Of a stretch of DNA of 64,000 nucleotides, positions 42,566 through 52,235 are shown piece after piece. The translations under genes and the position numbers were made by a program. Numbering within the stretch: the first letter of the stretch is position 1; each line of letters starts with the position of its first letter. Origin of the DNA: an uncultured Thermoplasmatales archaeon (GTDB lineage Archaea; Thermoplasmatota; E2; DHVEG-1); the NCBI GenBank assembly GCA_964481275.1, contig CAYZTD010000002.1:35246-99245 (forward strand), given 5' to 3'. A model generated the notes under the pieces. The model did no database searches and was not told the origin of the DNA. It saw only the letters and a program-made list of their open reading frames with translations.

Positions 42566-42982
42566 ATGAAAAAATATGATATTATTGATCATACCGCTGA
42601 CGTTGGTATAAAGGCGTATGGTAAAACACTTTCAGAAGCATTTCAAAATGCGGGTTACGGCATGTTTGACATTATTACAGACGGATCAGAAATAGAAAAT
42701 ACTGGTCAATATGATATAGAACTTAAGGCAGATGATTTAGAGCAACTTCTAGTGGATTTTTTATCGGAACTCCTTTTTTTGAACAGTGCTAAAAGTCTCG
42801 TTTTTGGTTTTTTTAAGGTTAGTTTGGATGAAAAAAGAAAAAAACTTTCTGCAAACGTTTTTGGTGAAAAATTTGTTTTTTCAAAACATAAAATAGGTGA
42901 AGAGATAAAAGCGGTAACTTACCATATGTTAGAGATTAAAAAAAATAAGAAATATACAGTTCAAGTTTTATTTGATATATAA
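42566..42982 (+). CDS. archease (RtcB tRNA-ligase activator)
   Basis: 138 aa. Archease N-terminal motif (IDHTADVGIKAYGKTLSEAF) and C-terminal conserved region. Confidence 0.85.
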   Translation: MKKYDIIDHTADVGIKAYGKTLSEAFQNAGYGMFDIITDGSEIENTGQYDIELKADDLEQLLVDFLSELLFLNSAKSLVFGFFKVSLDEKRKKLSANVFGEKFVFSKHKIGEEIKAVTYHMLEIKKNKKYTVQVLFDI

Positions 42983-43039
42983 TACTTTCAATCGCCTCTT
43001 GTTTTTATTTAAATACTATATTTGTTTTATACAAACATA

Positions 43040-43120
43040 GCATTATAACCGGACGGGTCTCTCAAAGAGCGATCCTTGAGATTTTTTTCCCTTCCCGGAT
43101 ATTCCGTCCGGCCTCTCCTC
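43040..43120. ncRNA. candidate GC-rich structured RNA element / terminator-attenuator
   Basis: 53% GC island in a roughly 30% GC genome. Perfect 8-bp long-range helix CCGGACGG(43049-56)/CCGTCCGG(43104-11). Inner hairpin TCTCAAAG...CTTGAGA followed by T7. A competing CCGG/CCGG short hairpin is possible. Confidence 0.3.
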
Positions 43121-43189
43121 ACATCTTTTGTGATAAACATTATATACTTTATGTTTATAGCAATCTTTGAATTCTATAGGTGAATATAA

Positions 43190-43396
43190 ATGTCATGCGG
43201 AAAAATAACAGAGGATATGAATATAAAAGAAGTAATTGAAAACCATCCTGAAGTTGTCCCGGTATTTCAGAAATATAATATGGGTTGTATAGGATGTATT
43301 GCTGCATCTTTTGAAAAAATAAAAGATATTGCTACAGTTCATGGAGTTGACGTTAAACAATTTTTAGAAGAATTAAACGAAGTTATGGAAAAATAA
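43190..43396 (+). CDS. DUF1858 (hybrid-cluster-protein-associated redox disulfide) domain protein
   Basis: 68 aa with the characteristic CGxxxxD...GCIGC pattern (MSCGKITEDM...KYNMGCIGCIAASFEKI). Confidence 0.65.
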   Translation: MSCGKITEDMNIKEVIENHPEVVPVFQKYNMGCIGCIAASFEKIKDIATVHGVDVKQFLEELNEVMEK

Positions 43397-43399
43397 TTT

Positions 43400-43810
43400 T
43401 TATAGATTTTTTGTTATAACTAGCTCTCCGTGTTTTATTCCTTTTAGTGATTTTATGTTGTCTGCTAATTTTTGTATTTTTTTTGTTTTTCCTTTTAAGA
43501 CTAATACCTCTAGACAATTATCGTGATCTATATGAATGTGTGTTGTAGATAGAATTTCTTTCGTATGGTCATGTTGTAAGTTGAGTAGTTTATTTGTCAG
43601 ATTTCCTATATGGTGATCATACAACATAGTAAGTGTTCCTATAGATTCACTATTTGGATCTGCTGATTTTTTCTTTATAAGATTTTTTCTTATGAGATCT
43701 CTTATTGCTTCGCTTCTGTTTTCATAACCTTCTTGTTTTATTTTTTTATCAAAGTTTTTAAGAAGTGTTGGTTCTACAGAAACTCCAAAACGGATTATTT
43801 TTTCTGTCAT
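43400..43810 (-). CDS. nikR: nickel-responsive regulator NikR
   Basis: N-terminal ribbon-helix-helix (MTEKIIRFGVSVEPTLLKNFDKKI). C-terminal ACT-like Ni-binding domain with His/Cys ligands (YDHHIGN...HDH...HIHIDHDNCLEV). Start taken at the internal ATG. Confidence 0.75.
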   Translation of the reverse strand: MTEKIIRFGVSVEPTLLKNFDKKIKQEGYENRSEAIRDLIRKNLIKKKSADPNSESIGTLTMLYDHHIGNLTNKLLNLQHDHTKEILSTTHIHIDHDNCLEVLVLKGKTKKIQKLADNIKSLKGIKHGELVITKNL

Positions 43811-43927
43811 AGTAGCACTTTTAATAGATAACCGTAGCACGAATTTAAATTTTTTGTTACCAAAAGATTTATAATTGTTTTTCCTTTCATGGTGTTACGA
43901 ATTTAAAAAAGGTGATACTATTAAAAA

Positions 43928-44876
43928 GATGATTATATTGATAACAACACTTGTTTTAATATTGAGTTTTTCAATAAACTCAACAGCAGAAAATGAAAAA
44001 ACAAAAATTGTTTGTACAAATACAGCTCTTGCAGATTTCACATCAAATATTGTAAAAGAAAATGTAACAATTATATGTATTATGCCAGGTGGGGTTTGCC
44101 CCGCTCATTTTGATACAACACCCAAACAAGTATCAGACATAATAAATGCTGATATAATAATCTCTCTTGGATGGGAACCCTGGCTTACAAAACTTTCAGA
44201 TAAAATTGATAATTCAAATCAAGAACAGATTAAATGCTTAGGTTTTGGAGAATGGAATGTACCTGAAAATGCAAAAAAATATGTTAGAAAAATAGGTACA
44301 GAACTAATAGAGACATTAGAAGAACAAAACAAATCAATAAAAACAAACACACAAAACTATCTGGAAGAAATAAATGAAACTGAAAGCCATTTAGTTAAAA
44401 TGATTGAGACAATGAATTACACGAATAGAAAAATAATTTCTATGGAATGGCAAAAAGATTTTGTTGAATACTTGGGCCTTGATGTAGTAACCTACTATGG
44501 TCCAGAAGAAGGACTTTCCACACAGGATAAACTAAATATATCCAATTCTGCAGATGATGGTGAAGTAGCATTAATCATCGATAATCTTCAGAGTGGTACT
44601 GAATTTGGAGAACAGACAGCAGAACAGACTGGTAAAATACATATTGTTTTTACAAATTTTCCAGGTGGAATAGAAAATGTTGATTCATACCTAGATATGA
44701 TAGAGTACAATACAGCAGAACTAGTTAAAGGAATAGCAAAATATGATTACAAAAAAGAAAATCTAGATATAACAGAAATTTCAAATTTTGAATTTCAAAG
44801 AAATTTAGCTTTAGTTATTGCATTAATCTCTATTATTTCTGCAATTTTAATATTTGTTATATACAAGAAAAAATAA
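43928..44876 (+). CDS. metal ABC transporter substrate-binding protein (TroA/ZnuA-like), C-terminal TM anchor
   Basis: ATG at 43928 with a GGTGAT Shine-Dalgarno 11 nt upstream. Signal peptide. Cluster-9-like SBP fold. C-terminal hydrophobic anchor (LALVIALISIISAILIFVIY). Confidence 0.55.
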
Positions 44877-44887
44877 GGAGAATAAAT

Positions 44888-45286
44888 ATGGAACAGACGT
44901 TAAAAAAAATAAATGACTTTCACGGACACATTGGACCTTATGCAGTATTGGGATATAAAATGGGTCTTATCGCAAATAAAAAACTTGGAGAAGATCCTTT
45001 TTGTAAAAAAGCAGTAGTCTATACAGATACAAAACCTCCACATTCTTGTATAATAGATGGAATACAATTAAGTAGCAATTGTACACTAGGAAAAGGAAAT
45101 ATAAAAATTAAAAAGAAAGCTGATATAAAGGTAGAATTTTCAAATAAAAAAAAAGAAAAAGTCACTACAATTCTTAAACCATATATTAAAAAAGAAATAG
45201 ATTCAATGGTTACAGAAGAAAATATTTTGGAATATTCGGAGAAATACTTTAAAATGAAAAATTCAGATCTTTTTGAAATAATATGA
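44888..45286 (+). CDS. FmdE-family (FwdE-like) zinc-binding protein
   Basis: DFHGHIGPYAVLGYKMG motif of the FmdE domain. 132 aa. Sits inside the metal ABC operon. Confidence 0.6.
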   Translation: MEQTLKKINDFHGHIGPYAVLGYKMGLIANKKLGEDPFCKKAVVYTDTKPPHSCIIDGIQLSSNCTLGKGNIKIKKKADIKVEFSNKKKEKVTTILKPYIKKEIDSMVTEENILEYSEKYFKMKNSDLFEII

Positions 45287-46032
45287 AAAAAGATTCTATT
45301 ATACAACTTAAAAATGTGGATACAATCTATGAAGGAGATAGATTACCTGTTATAAAGGATATAAATCTAGAAATCAAAAGAGGAGATTTTGTATCAATAA
45401 TCGGTCCAAATGGCGCAGGAAAAACCACTATTCTTGAAACTATAAATGGACTTTTGGAATATACAAATGGAAAAGGTTATGTTTTTGGAAAAGAAATTAA
45501 AAAAAATAAAAATATCATTAGAAAAAATACGGCATATTTAATTCAAAACTATGAAATCGACCCTAAAAATCCCTTTTTATGTAAAGATATAGTTATGACC
45601 GGACGAGTTGGAAAAATAGGCACATTTCATAAGGTTGGTAAAAAAGATTGGAAAAAAGTTTGGCATAGTCTTGGTATTGTTGGAATGATTGATTTTGCAA
45701 AAAGACCAGTTGGAAAACTATCAGGTGGTGAATTTCAAAAAATCCTTCTTGCTAGAGCTATTGCTCAAAATCCAGAAATAATTCTTCTTGATGAACCATT
45801 TTCAAATTTAGATGTAACATCAAAAATTCAAATAGAAACCCTTCTTAATCGTTTACATGAAAAAGAAAACCTTACAATTGTTATGGTTTCACATGATCTA
45901 AATTTCATTTCAAATCGTTGTAACAGAATTATAGTAATGGAAAAGGGAAAAATTATTAGAGATGGTTCTAAAAAAGAAATAATGAATTCTGAAATTATAG
46001 ATGAGATTTTCAAGAAGGATGATATAAATTGA
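45283..46032 (+). CDS. metal ABC transporter ATP-binding protein
   Basis: Walker A GPNGAGKTT, signature LSGGEFQK, Walker B ILLDEP. 4-nt overlap with the upstream gene. Confidence 0.85.
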   Translation: MKKDSIIQLKNVDTIYEGDRLPVIKDINLEIKRGDFVSIIGPNGAGKTTILETINGLLEYTNGKGYVFGKEIKKNKNIIRKNTAYLIQNYEIDPKNPFLCKDIVMTGRVGKIGTFHKVGKKDWKKVWHSLGIVGMIDFAKRPVGKLSGGEFQKILLARAIAQNPEIILLDEPFSNLDVTSKIQIETLLNRLHEKENLTIVMVSHDLNFISNRCNRIIVMEKGKIIRDGSKKEIMNSEIIDEIFKKDDIN

Positions 46033-46856
46033 TTGATATTCCTCTTTATTTTTTAATTCCTTCTATTTTAGGTGCAATATTTGCAGGTTTTACATGTTCT
46101 ACAATGGGTACTTTTGTTGTACGTATGAATATTTCGTCTATCGGATATGCTATGAGTCATGCAGCGTTTGCTGGTGCTGCATTTGGTTTGATGATTAGTA
46201 TTGATCCCACTCTTACAGCCCTTGTTTTTTCTTTTATAACTGCTCTTATTCTAGGTCCTTTATCTGAGAAAGCAAAACTTGAAAGCAATATAATAATAGG
46301 ATTTCTTTTTAGTGTTATGATAGCTTTAGCATTTATCTTTTTAAATTACATTCCTGGTGAAGCGGCAACTGGTACTGCTCTTAGAATTCTTTGGGGTAGT
46401 TTGTTTTCTGTTGATTATAATGATTTGTTATTTCTAACTTTTCTGTCGTTTATTATTATATTTTTTGTTGTAATTTTTTACAAAGAACTTTTAAGCATCA
46501 TGTTTAACAGAAAGCTTGCTGAAGCAAGTGGTATTAATACTAAACTATTTTATTTTGCTATATTATTCTTAACAGGATTTGCTGTATCAATTTCTTTGAA
46601 GATTGTAGGAGGGCTTCTTGTATTTGCGCTTATCATTAATCCTACCAGTACAGCATATCAATTCTTTTATGATTTTAAAAAAATAATTATTTTTTCGCCT
46701 TTATTTGGTATTATTAGTTGCCTTGTTGGTTTTTATATTTCTTTTTTGAGCAATTTTCCAATTGGAGCTGCAATAGTTGTTACTTCTTCTGTATTTTTTG
46801 CAATAAGCATTTTTCTCTCTCCTAAAAGAAAAATTGGTAAAAAATCAAAATCCTAA
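46029..46856 (+). CDS. metal ABC transporter permease (ZnuB/TroCD-like)
   Basis: 275 aa, about 8 TM, ABC-3 family topology. 4-nt overlap with the ATPase gene. Confidence 0.8.
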   Translation: MIDIPLYFLIPSILGAIFAGFTCSTMGTFVVRMNISSIGYAMSHAAFAGAAFGLMISIDPTLTALVFSFITALILGPLSEKAKLESNIIIGFLFSVMIALAFIFLNYIPGEAATGTALRILWGSLFSVDYNDLLFLTFLSFIIIFFVVIFYKELLSIMFNRKLAEASGINTKLFYFAILFLTGFAVSISLKIVGGLLVFALIINPTSTAYQFFYDFKKIIIFSPLFGIISCLVGFYISFLSNFPIGAAIVVTSSVFFAISIFLSPKRKIGKKSKS

Positions 46857-46984
46857 GAATTTTTTTAAATTTTATCCAATAATGCGCCTGTTTTTGTCTT
46901 ATAGAGGAAAAATTTAAATAATAATAAAATAAGATATATTATATAATAAAAAAAGAATATTAAATATGGGGATCGTAACTTTAT

Positions 46985-49900
46985 ATGCCTAAAGCAGGGA
47001 AAATACTAATCTGTATAATACTTTTTACTATGTTAACATCAGTTTTAGCACCATCAACAACAGCAACTAAAACACCCTGGTGGAATGAATCTTTTTCATA
47101 TAAACAAGAAATTATAATTCCTATAGATACAAAACTAGAACATGCAAAATTTCAACCAATAGATATAAAAATAGATTTTGAAAATCCATGCTGGGCAAAA
47201 AATGAAAATAAACATTCTGTAAGAGTAATCTTTGAAAAAGATGGTTATTTTAAAGAACTAGAATGTCAAATATATAATCTAAAGTATAGTACTAATTATG
47301 AGATAAGAAGTTGTAATTTAGTTTTTCTCACCCCTGAAGAGGCAAATGGTAAAGAAAAATACTATTTATACTATGACGACGAAGATAAATCAGGCCCAAA
47401 TTATTTAGATCATGTAAAAGTTGAAGACTCGTATTATCAATATACACCTATTCCTGGTTATTCTGTTGAATCAAATTTTTTTAACATAATTGATGATGGA
47501 TATAGCATTTATCAGATATCATATAAAGGAAAAGCTCTTGGTCGCGGAAGAAGTCAGTATGTATTCAAATTAAAGGACGGATCAAAAGATATAAAACCAG
47601 AAAATGGTGACTTATTTGCTATTTTTGATTTCTCGTTTTTTGATGAAAACGCAAAAAAAGTAGAGGACTACCTCTCAACTAGTGATGAACTTGTTTCAAA
47701 AGAAATAATAGTTGATGGTAATCTAATGGCTAATGTATTAATCATCAGTAAATCAAAAAATGATGAAGCACAGACAACTGCATATTATAAATATTATCAC
47801 TGTCCATCAAAAGATAAAAGGATACATGTTGAAGTTAAACACGAAGCTAAAAAAGATATCAAATTAACAAAAAAAGATGCACTTGCCTTAGGAACTTACG
47901 CCCATCTTCAAGTAACCGAATCAAAAAGTAAAACTATTAAAGAACTAAATTTTGGAAAAATATTTCCCTATTTGCATTTATATAACAAAAAAGATTTTGT
48001 AAGTGAATATAAAATTGATACCAATCCCAAGTATGTGCCTCCTCCAGGAAACCTTCCATATGTAATTAGTATTGATGATAATGTTGATCTTGGTAAAAAG
48101 GCATGGGTTTCTTTTGATGAAGGAAAAGAAGGCGTTTCTAACAGTCTTATATTCAACTCTAACAGTGTTTTAAAATCAGGTTATGATGAAAAAGATGGAA
48201 TAACAATAGGGGCATATCAAGATGTCGATCCACATCTGCCCGGTCTAGAATGCAAACATTCAGGAGTTACAATTCTAAGAAACCTTTATGAAAACAATGA
48301 AAGAGATTATTTGATACCAAAAGATTTTCGTGTAGAGTTTCATGCCGATTTTTTTTCATCTAAATCTGAAGGATATTTACGTGTACAAAAAGAGGCAGAA
48401 ATATTTCAAGAATTAGCAAAAAGTAAACCTTCAAAAGAAACTATTGTCTTAACAAACAAAAGATATAAAGATAAAAATCAACTTACTGTTTTTTTGCATA
48501 ATGCTCGTTCTTCCCAATTTGGTTTTGGAATATCAACTCTTACAGGTTTGAATGTTTCATATGAAACAGTGGAACTTTATAAGGATAACAATATGGTGAG
48601 ATCTAGTACTCCTTATAAAATTGAAATGGATCAAATAATTGAGGATTTTAAGAAAACAGGTTTAGAAGATATTAAATCGTTTTTTTCCTCTTTTAATCTA
48701 GATGATATATCTATATTTAAAAAAGTGAGTTTTTCAGATCTTGAAGAGGGAAAATATCTTATAAAGATATTTAGAAAAAACTGTAAATTAAGCGAAGATG
48801 AAAAATTAATCGGATTTAAAATAATAGAGGTAGCTGGAGATACAAAATCTCATGTTTTTTGCAGACCTTCTGGAATGATATCCTTATCTGTTTTTGATCA
48901 AAATAATAAGCCAGTAAACAATGTAGATTTTAGTTTAAAATATGATGATATATGTGTTTCAAATAGTTTTACAACTGATAATGGAAAAGTAACTTTTTCG
49001 ACTCCTGTTTTTCTAAACAAAGAGTATTTTTTAAATGCAAATTACAAAGGCTTTAATATATTTGAAGAACCAGTAAAACTTGGTTTAAAAAATATTTTTA
49101 GAGATAAAAAAATCAACATTGATATTAAAAGATATGACTTACAACTTAAATTAACCGATTCACTTGGTTTACCATGTAGTATAAATTTAAATCCTTTTTT
49201 GACAAGCATTAAAAGTACCGATTCTTTGTCATATTCAGATAAAAAAGATAACAGTTATGTTTTCAATAACCTTCTTTCCTCTTCTTATAAAATACAAATA
49301 TTTTATAAAAATGATTTAATCGAAAAAGAAATTGATGTAGATTCTAATAAAGAATTAGAATTAGTATTTCCAGTTGAATACAATTTAAATTCAAATATAT
49401 TTAACATAAGAGGAGAAAAAATAGATGATTGGAAGATTATTTTATCAAGAATGGATAAAGAAATGGAGTTTGATTCTTCCGAACCTTTTATAGATGTTCC
49501 TGCTGGAAATTATGATGTAAAAGCATATTCAGATGGGCAGCTAATCAGTAAAAGCAAAGTAGAAATTACAGGAGATACTTACTTTCCTATAATCACAAAA
49601 GAACAACCTTTGTATCCTTCGATTATAGTTCTTTTGTCAATTATCATTTTGTTTTCTGGTTGTTTAATACTACTTAAGAAGAAAAAGTATATTTCAGCTG
49701 TTTTACTTGTTATTATCATACTTTGTATGATATCTTTAGCTACACCTTGGTGGAGTATAGATGGGATTTCTAATTCAAAAAATGTTGGAACCTCTTCTAA
49801 TATGTATCTGCTGCCGACTAATCTAGTTACTATAACATCTAATTCAGAGTATTCTTCTGGACAAGTTTCTTCTATCCCCGATATTTTATTATCTGCATTA

Positions 49901-50257
49901 AATATAGTTATTACACTTGTTGTATCTGGATGCACATTCTTATTTTTATATATATTATTTGAGAAACGTTTAAAGAAAAAATTAAATTTAATATTGTTTT
50001 CCCTTGGTTTTTCAAGTTTTTTTTCCTCTATTTTATTATTTTCTTATTCGATATCAGAATTTGCAAATGTAGCTGTTGGTAGTTTTATTGGACGAGGAAC
50101 TCTTGATATACAGTTACCTTTAGAAAATAATTATGAAATCATCAATTGTAGTTGGGGGCCAAATATAGGTTTTTATTTGTTAATTCTAGCTGTATTATTA
50201 CTATCCTTAATATTAGTAATAAAATTAAAGAAGAGGTTTGTTAAAATTGAAAATTAA
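46985..50257 (+). CDS. large cell-surface protein (1090 aa) with multi-pass C-terminal membrane domain
   Basis: Signal peptide, about 850-aa extracellular region, then 5-6 TM helices in the last roughly 230 aa. No catalytic motif recognised. Confidence 0.5.
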   Translation: MPKAGKILICIILFTMLTSVLAPSTTATKTPWWNESFSYKQEIIIPIDTKLEHAKFQPIDIKIDFENPCWAKNENKHSVRVIFEKDGYFKELECQIYNLKYSTNYEIRSCNLVFLTPEEANGKEKYYLYYDDEDKSGPNYLDHVKVEDSYYQYTPIPGYSVESNFFNIIDDGYSIYQISYKGKALGRGRSQYVFKLKDGSKDIKPENGDLFAIFDFSFFDENAKKVEDYLSTSDELVSKEIIVDGNLMANVLIISKSKNDEAQTTAYYKYYHCPSKDKRIHVEVKHEAKKDIKLTKKDALALGTYAHLQVTESKSKTIKELNFGKIFPYLHLYNKKDFVSEYKIDTNPKYVPPPGNLPYVISIDDNVDLGKKAWVSFDEGKEGVSNSLIFNSNSVLKSGYDEKDGITIGAYQDVDPHLPGLECKHSGVTILRNLYENNERDYLIPKDFRVEFHADFFSSKSEGYLRVQKEAEIFQELAKSKPSKETIVLTNKRYKDKNQLTVFLHNARSSQFGFGISTLTGLNVSYETVELYKDNNMVRSSTPYKIEMDQIIEDFKKTGLEDIKSFFSSFNLDDISIFKKVSFSDLEEGKYLIKIFRKNCKLSEDEKLIGFKIIEVAGDTKSHVFCRPSGMISLSVFDQNNKPVNNVDFSLKYDDICVSNSFTTDNGKVTFSTPVFLNKEYFLNANYKGFNIFEEPVKLGLKNIFRDKKINIDIKRYDLQLKLTDSLGLPCSINLNPFLTSIKSTDSLSYSDKKDNSYVFNNLLSSSYKIQIFYKNDLIEKEIDVDSNKELELVFPVEYNLNSNIFNIRGEKIDDWKIILSRMDKEMEFDSSEPFIDVPAGNYDVKAYSDGQLISKSKVEITGDTYFPIITKEQPLYPSIIVLLSIIILFSGCLILLKKKKYISAVLLVIIILCMISLATPWWSIDGISNSKNVGTSSNMYLLPTNLVTITSNSEYSSGQVSSIPDILLSALNIVITLVVSGCTFLFLYILFEKRLKKKLNLILFSLGFSSFFSSILLFSYSISEFANVAVGSFIGRGTLDIQLPLENNYEIINCSWGPNIGFYLLILAVLLLSLILVIKLKKRFVKIEN

Positions 50258-51260
50258 AAATCTTTTTAGGCATATCAAAAAGATATTTCCAATTGTTGGA
50301 ATTTCCATTTTTGTATATATTGTACATAGCATAGGTATAAATAAAATAATTTATACTTTTTCAAAAATATCTCTTGCTCATGTTATTTTTATGTTTGTGA
50401 TAGCAATATTTGCTACAGTGATTCAAAATTTTCAATGGAGCTTAATACTTAAAAAACAAAAAATCAAAATAGGTTTTTTAGAATCTTTAAAAGTATTATT
50501 CATCGGAGATTTTTATAAATCTGTTACCCCTGGTTATATTGGTACCTGGATGAAGATACCTTATCTTAAAGAAGAAACAGATGAACCATATGGTAAATTA
50601 TTTATAAACTGCTTAATTCTTTCAACAATAGGAACTATTTCATTTTTATTTTTTCTTTCTATAGGTGCTTTTTTCTTAACAAGCAAACTTCCAATTGCTT
50701 TTCCTATTTCATTAATCTGGATATCAGCTATATTGTTATTACTGCTATTTTTTATAAAAAAGAATCGTGGGGAGAAAGTACTATATTTTTTTATACGGTT
50801 TTTTATACCAAAAAAAGCTAAACCTTCTTTTAAAAGATTTGTAGGTACATTTTACAAAGATTTTCCTGATTTAAAAGATCTTTTTATACCATTTATTATA
50901 GGTTTTATTGGTATTATATTTTATTTTTCGATGATATTTATGTTAGCTTTAATATTGGATATAAACATTCCTTATTTTTCATTCATTATGATATACCCAA
51001 TCGTTTTTGCTGTATCTTACTTACCCATTAGTCCAGGTGCTATAGGCATAAGAGAACTTACTGCTGTATATGTCCTATCAATTTATGGAGTTGGAATTGC
51101 AGAGGCGGTAGTATTATCTTTATCGTCATTTTTACTTCTAGGTGCACCTTCTGTAATTCTAGGTTTTATCCTTTCGATAGGTTGGCTTAGCGACTCTAAA
51201 AAACAAAAAATTAAGAATTTTTCTTTTGAAAAAATAGTAAGTACCGGATTTAAACCATAG
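50238..51260 (+). CDS. UPF0104 / lysylphosphatidylglycerol-synthase-TM-like (flippase-like) membrane protein
   Basis: 340 aa, about 8 TM. Overlaps the preceding gene by 20 nt. Pattern resembles the PF03706 family. Confidence 0.5.
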   Translation: MLKLKIKNLFRHIKKIFPIVGISIFVYIVHSIGINKIIYTFSKISLAHVIFMFVIAIFATVIQNFQWSLILKKQKIKIGFLESLKVLFIGDFYKSVTPGYIGTWMKIPYLKEETDEPYGKLFINCLILSTIGTISFLFFLSIGAFFLTSKLPIAFPISLIWISAILLLLLFFIKKNRGEKVLYFFIRFFIPKKAKPSFKRFVGTFYKDFPDLKDLFIPFIIGFIGIIFYFSMIFMLALILDINIPYFSFIMIYPIVFAVSYLPISPGAIGIRELTAVYVLSIYGVGIAEAVVLSLSSFLLLGAPSVILGFILSIGWLSDSKKQKIKNFSFEKIVSTGFKP

Positions 51261-52160
51261 TTAATTTTTTCTTTCCCCTTCTTTTTTTGAAATAAAACCA
51301 ATACCTATATCAGTTATTTCAATTGTATCAAAAGATACATGCTGAAGTAGTTCCATATCAGAAAGTTTTTGTATCATATTGTTAAGCTCTTCTTTAGACA
51401 CATCTAGCATATTCATTGCTGTTTCTGCATCCATATCCCGCTCAAGCATTAATTTCAATAATCTGTATTCTTTTTCATATAATTCTGTTTCATTTTCTAT
51501 TTCATGGGGGTCGATATCAACATAACCAGATAATTTTTCAACATAATTTTGTATAATGCGATCGAGATTCAACCTATCTATTACATTTCCTTCTTTGTCA
51601 TACAATGTACAATATTTGCTATTTGGTTCATGACGCCAAGATGAAACATTATTCCAGGTATAACCAAGTAGATTATCTGGTTTTTCCCCCTCTAGTTGTC
51701 CTGTAAGAGCTCTTTTTTCTATATTTTTCTTTTTCTCTCGTCTGCGATATGCATAATGTTGTTCTAGCTGCACTTGATCTAGGTCTACATCTAAACCTTT
51801 TATCATAGTAGTTATATTTTTGTCTATGTTATCTCTTAATTCTGTAATAAAATAAAGACCCGCTTCATTTCCCACATCATTATAGATCATGCGTATTAAA
51901 GATTCTATTGCCTTACTTATTGTATTTTTATTGACTGAATTGACTTCAGGTGAAATGTTGACTGCAAAACCTTCATTTGAAATATCTTTTTTCCCTTTGT
52001 TTATATATCTAAAAAAATCATATTTATTTTCAAGGGTTTTAATAGATGCACCAATTGTTTCCTCTGCTGTTTTTTGGCTTGTACGCCTACTTGTAACTAT
52101 ATAAAGCGCTCTTAATACAGATTCAAGTAAAACTGAATTTTTCCATTGTTCCATTTTCAA
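51261..52160 (-). CDS. hypothetical protein
   Basis: 299-aa soluble, charged protein with no recognisable motif. Confidence 0.35.
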   Translation of the reverse strand: MKMEQWKNSVLLESVLRALYIVTSRRTSQKTAEETIGASIKTLENKYDFFRYINKGKKDISNEGFAVNISPEVNSVNKNTISKAIESLIRMIYNDVGNEAGLYFITELRDNIDKNITTMIKGLDVDLDQVQLEQHYAYRRREKKKNIEKRALTGQLEGEKPDNLLGYTWNNVSSWRHEPNSKYCTLYDKEGNVIDRLNLDRIIQNYVEKLSGYVDIDPHEIENETELYEKEYRLLKLMLERDMDAETAMNMLDVSKEELNNMIQKLSDMELLQHVSFDTIEITDIGIGFISKKEGERKN

Positions 52161-52235
52161 ACCTTTTAGAACTTTTTATATTTGATATAGAAAGTTAATT
52201 AAAGAATTTTTTTAAAGATTAAACCTTCAGAAATA

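Noticed and set aside
43123-43140. 15-nt exact repeat TTTTGTGATAAACAT shared with 52285-52302
   Set aside because: The second copy lies inside the deoxyhypusine synthase coding region (it encodes ...YVYHKNGGK). In a roughly 70% AT, 64-kb window, chance 15-mer identities of this composition are expected, and there is no flanking similarity.
50238-50257. Possible frameshift joining the 1090-aa surface protein to the UPF0104 protein
   Set aside because: Both ORFs have their own plausible starts and stops, and the 20-nt overlap is consistent with translational coupling. Nothing indicates a disrupted single gene.
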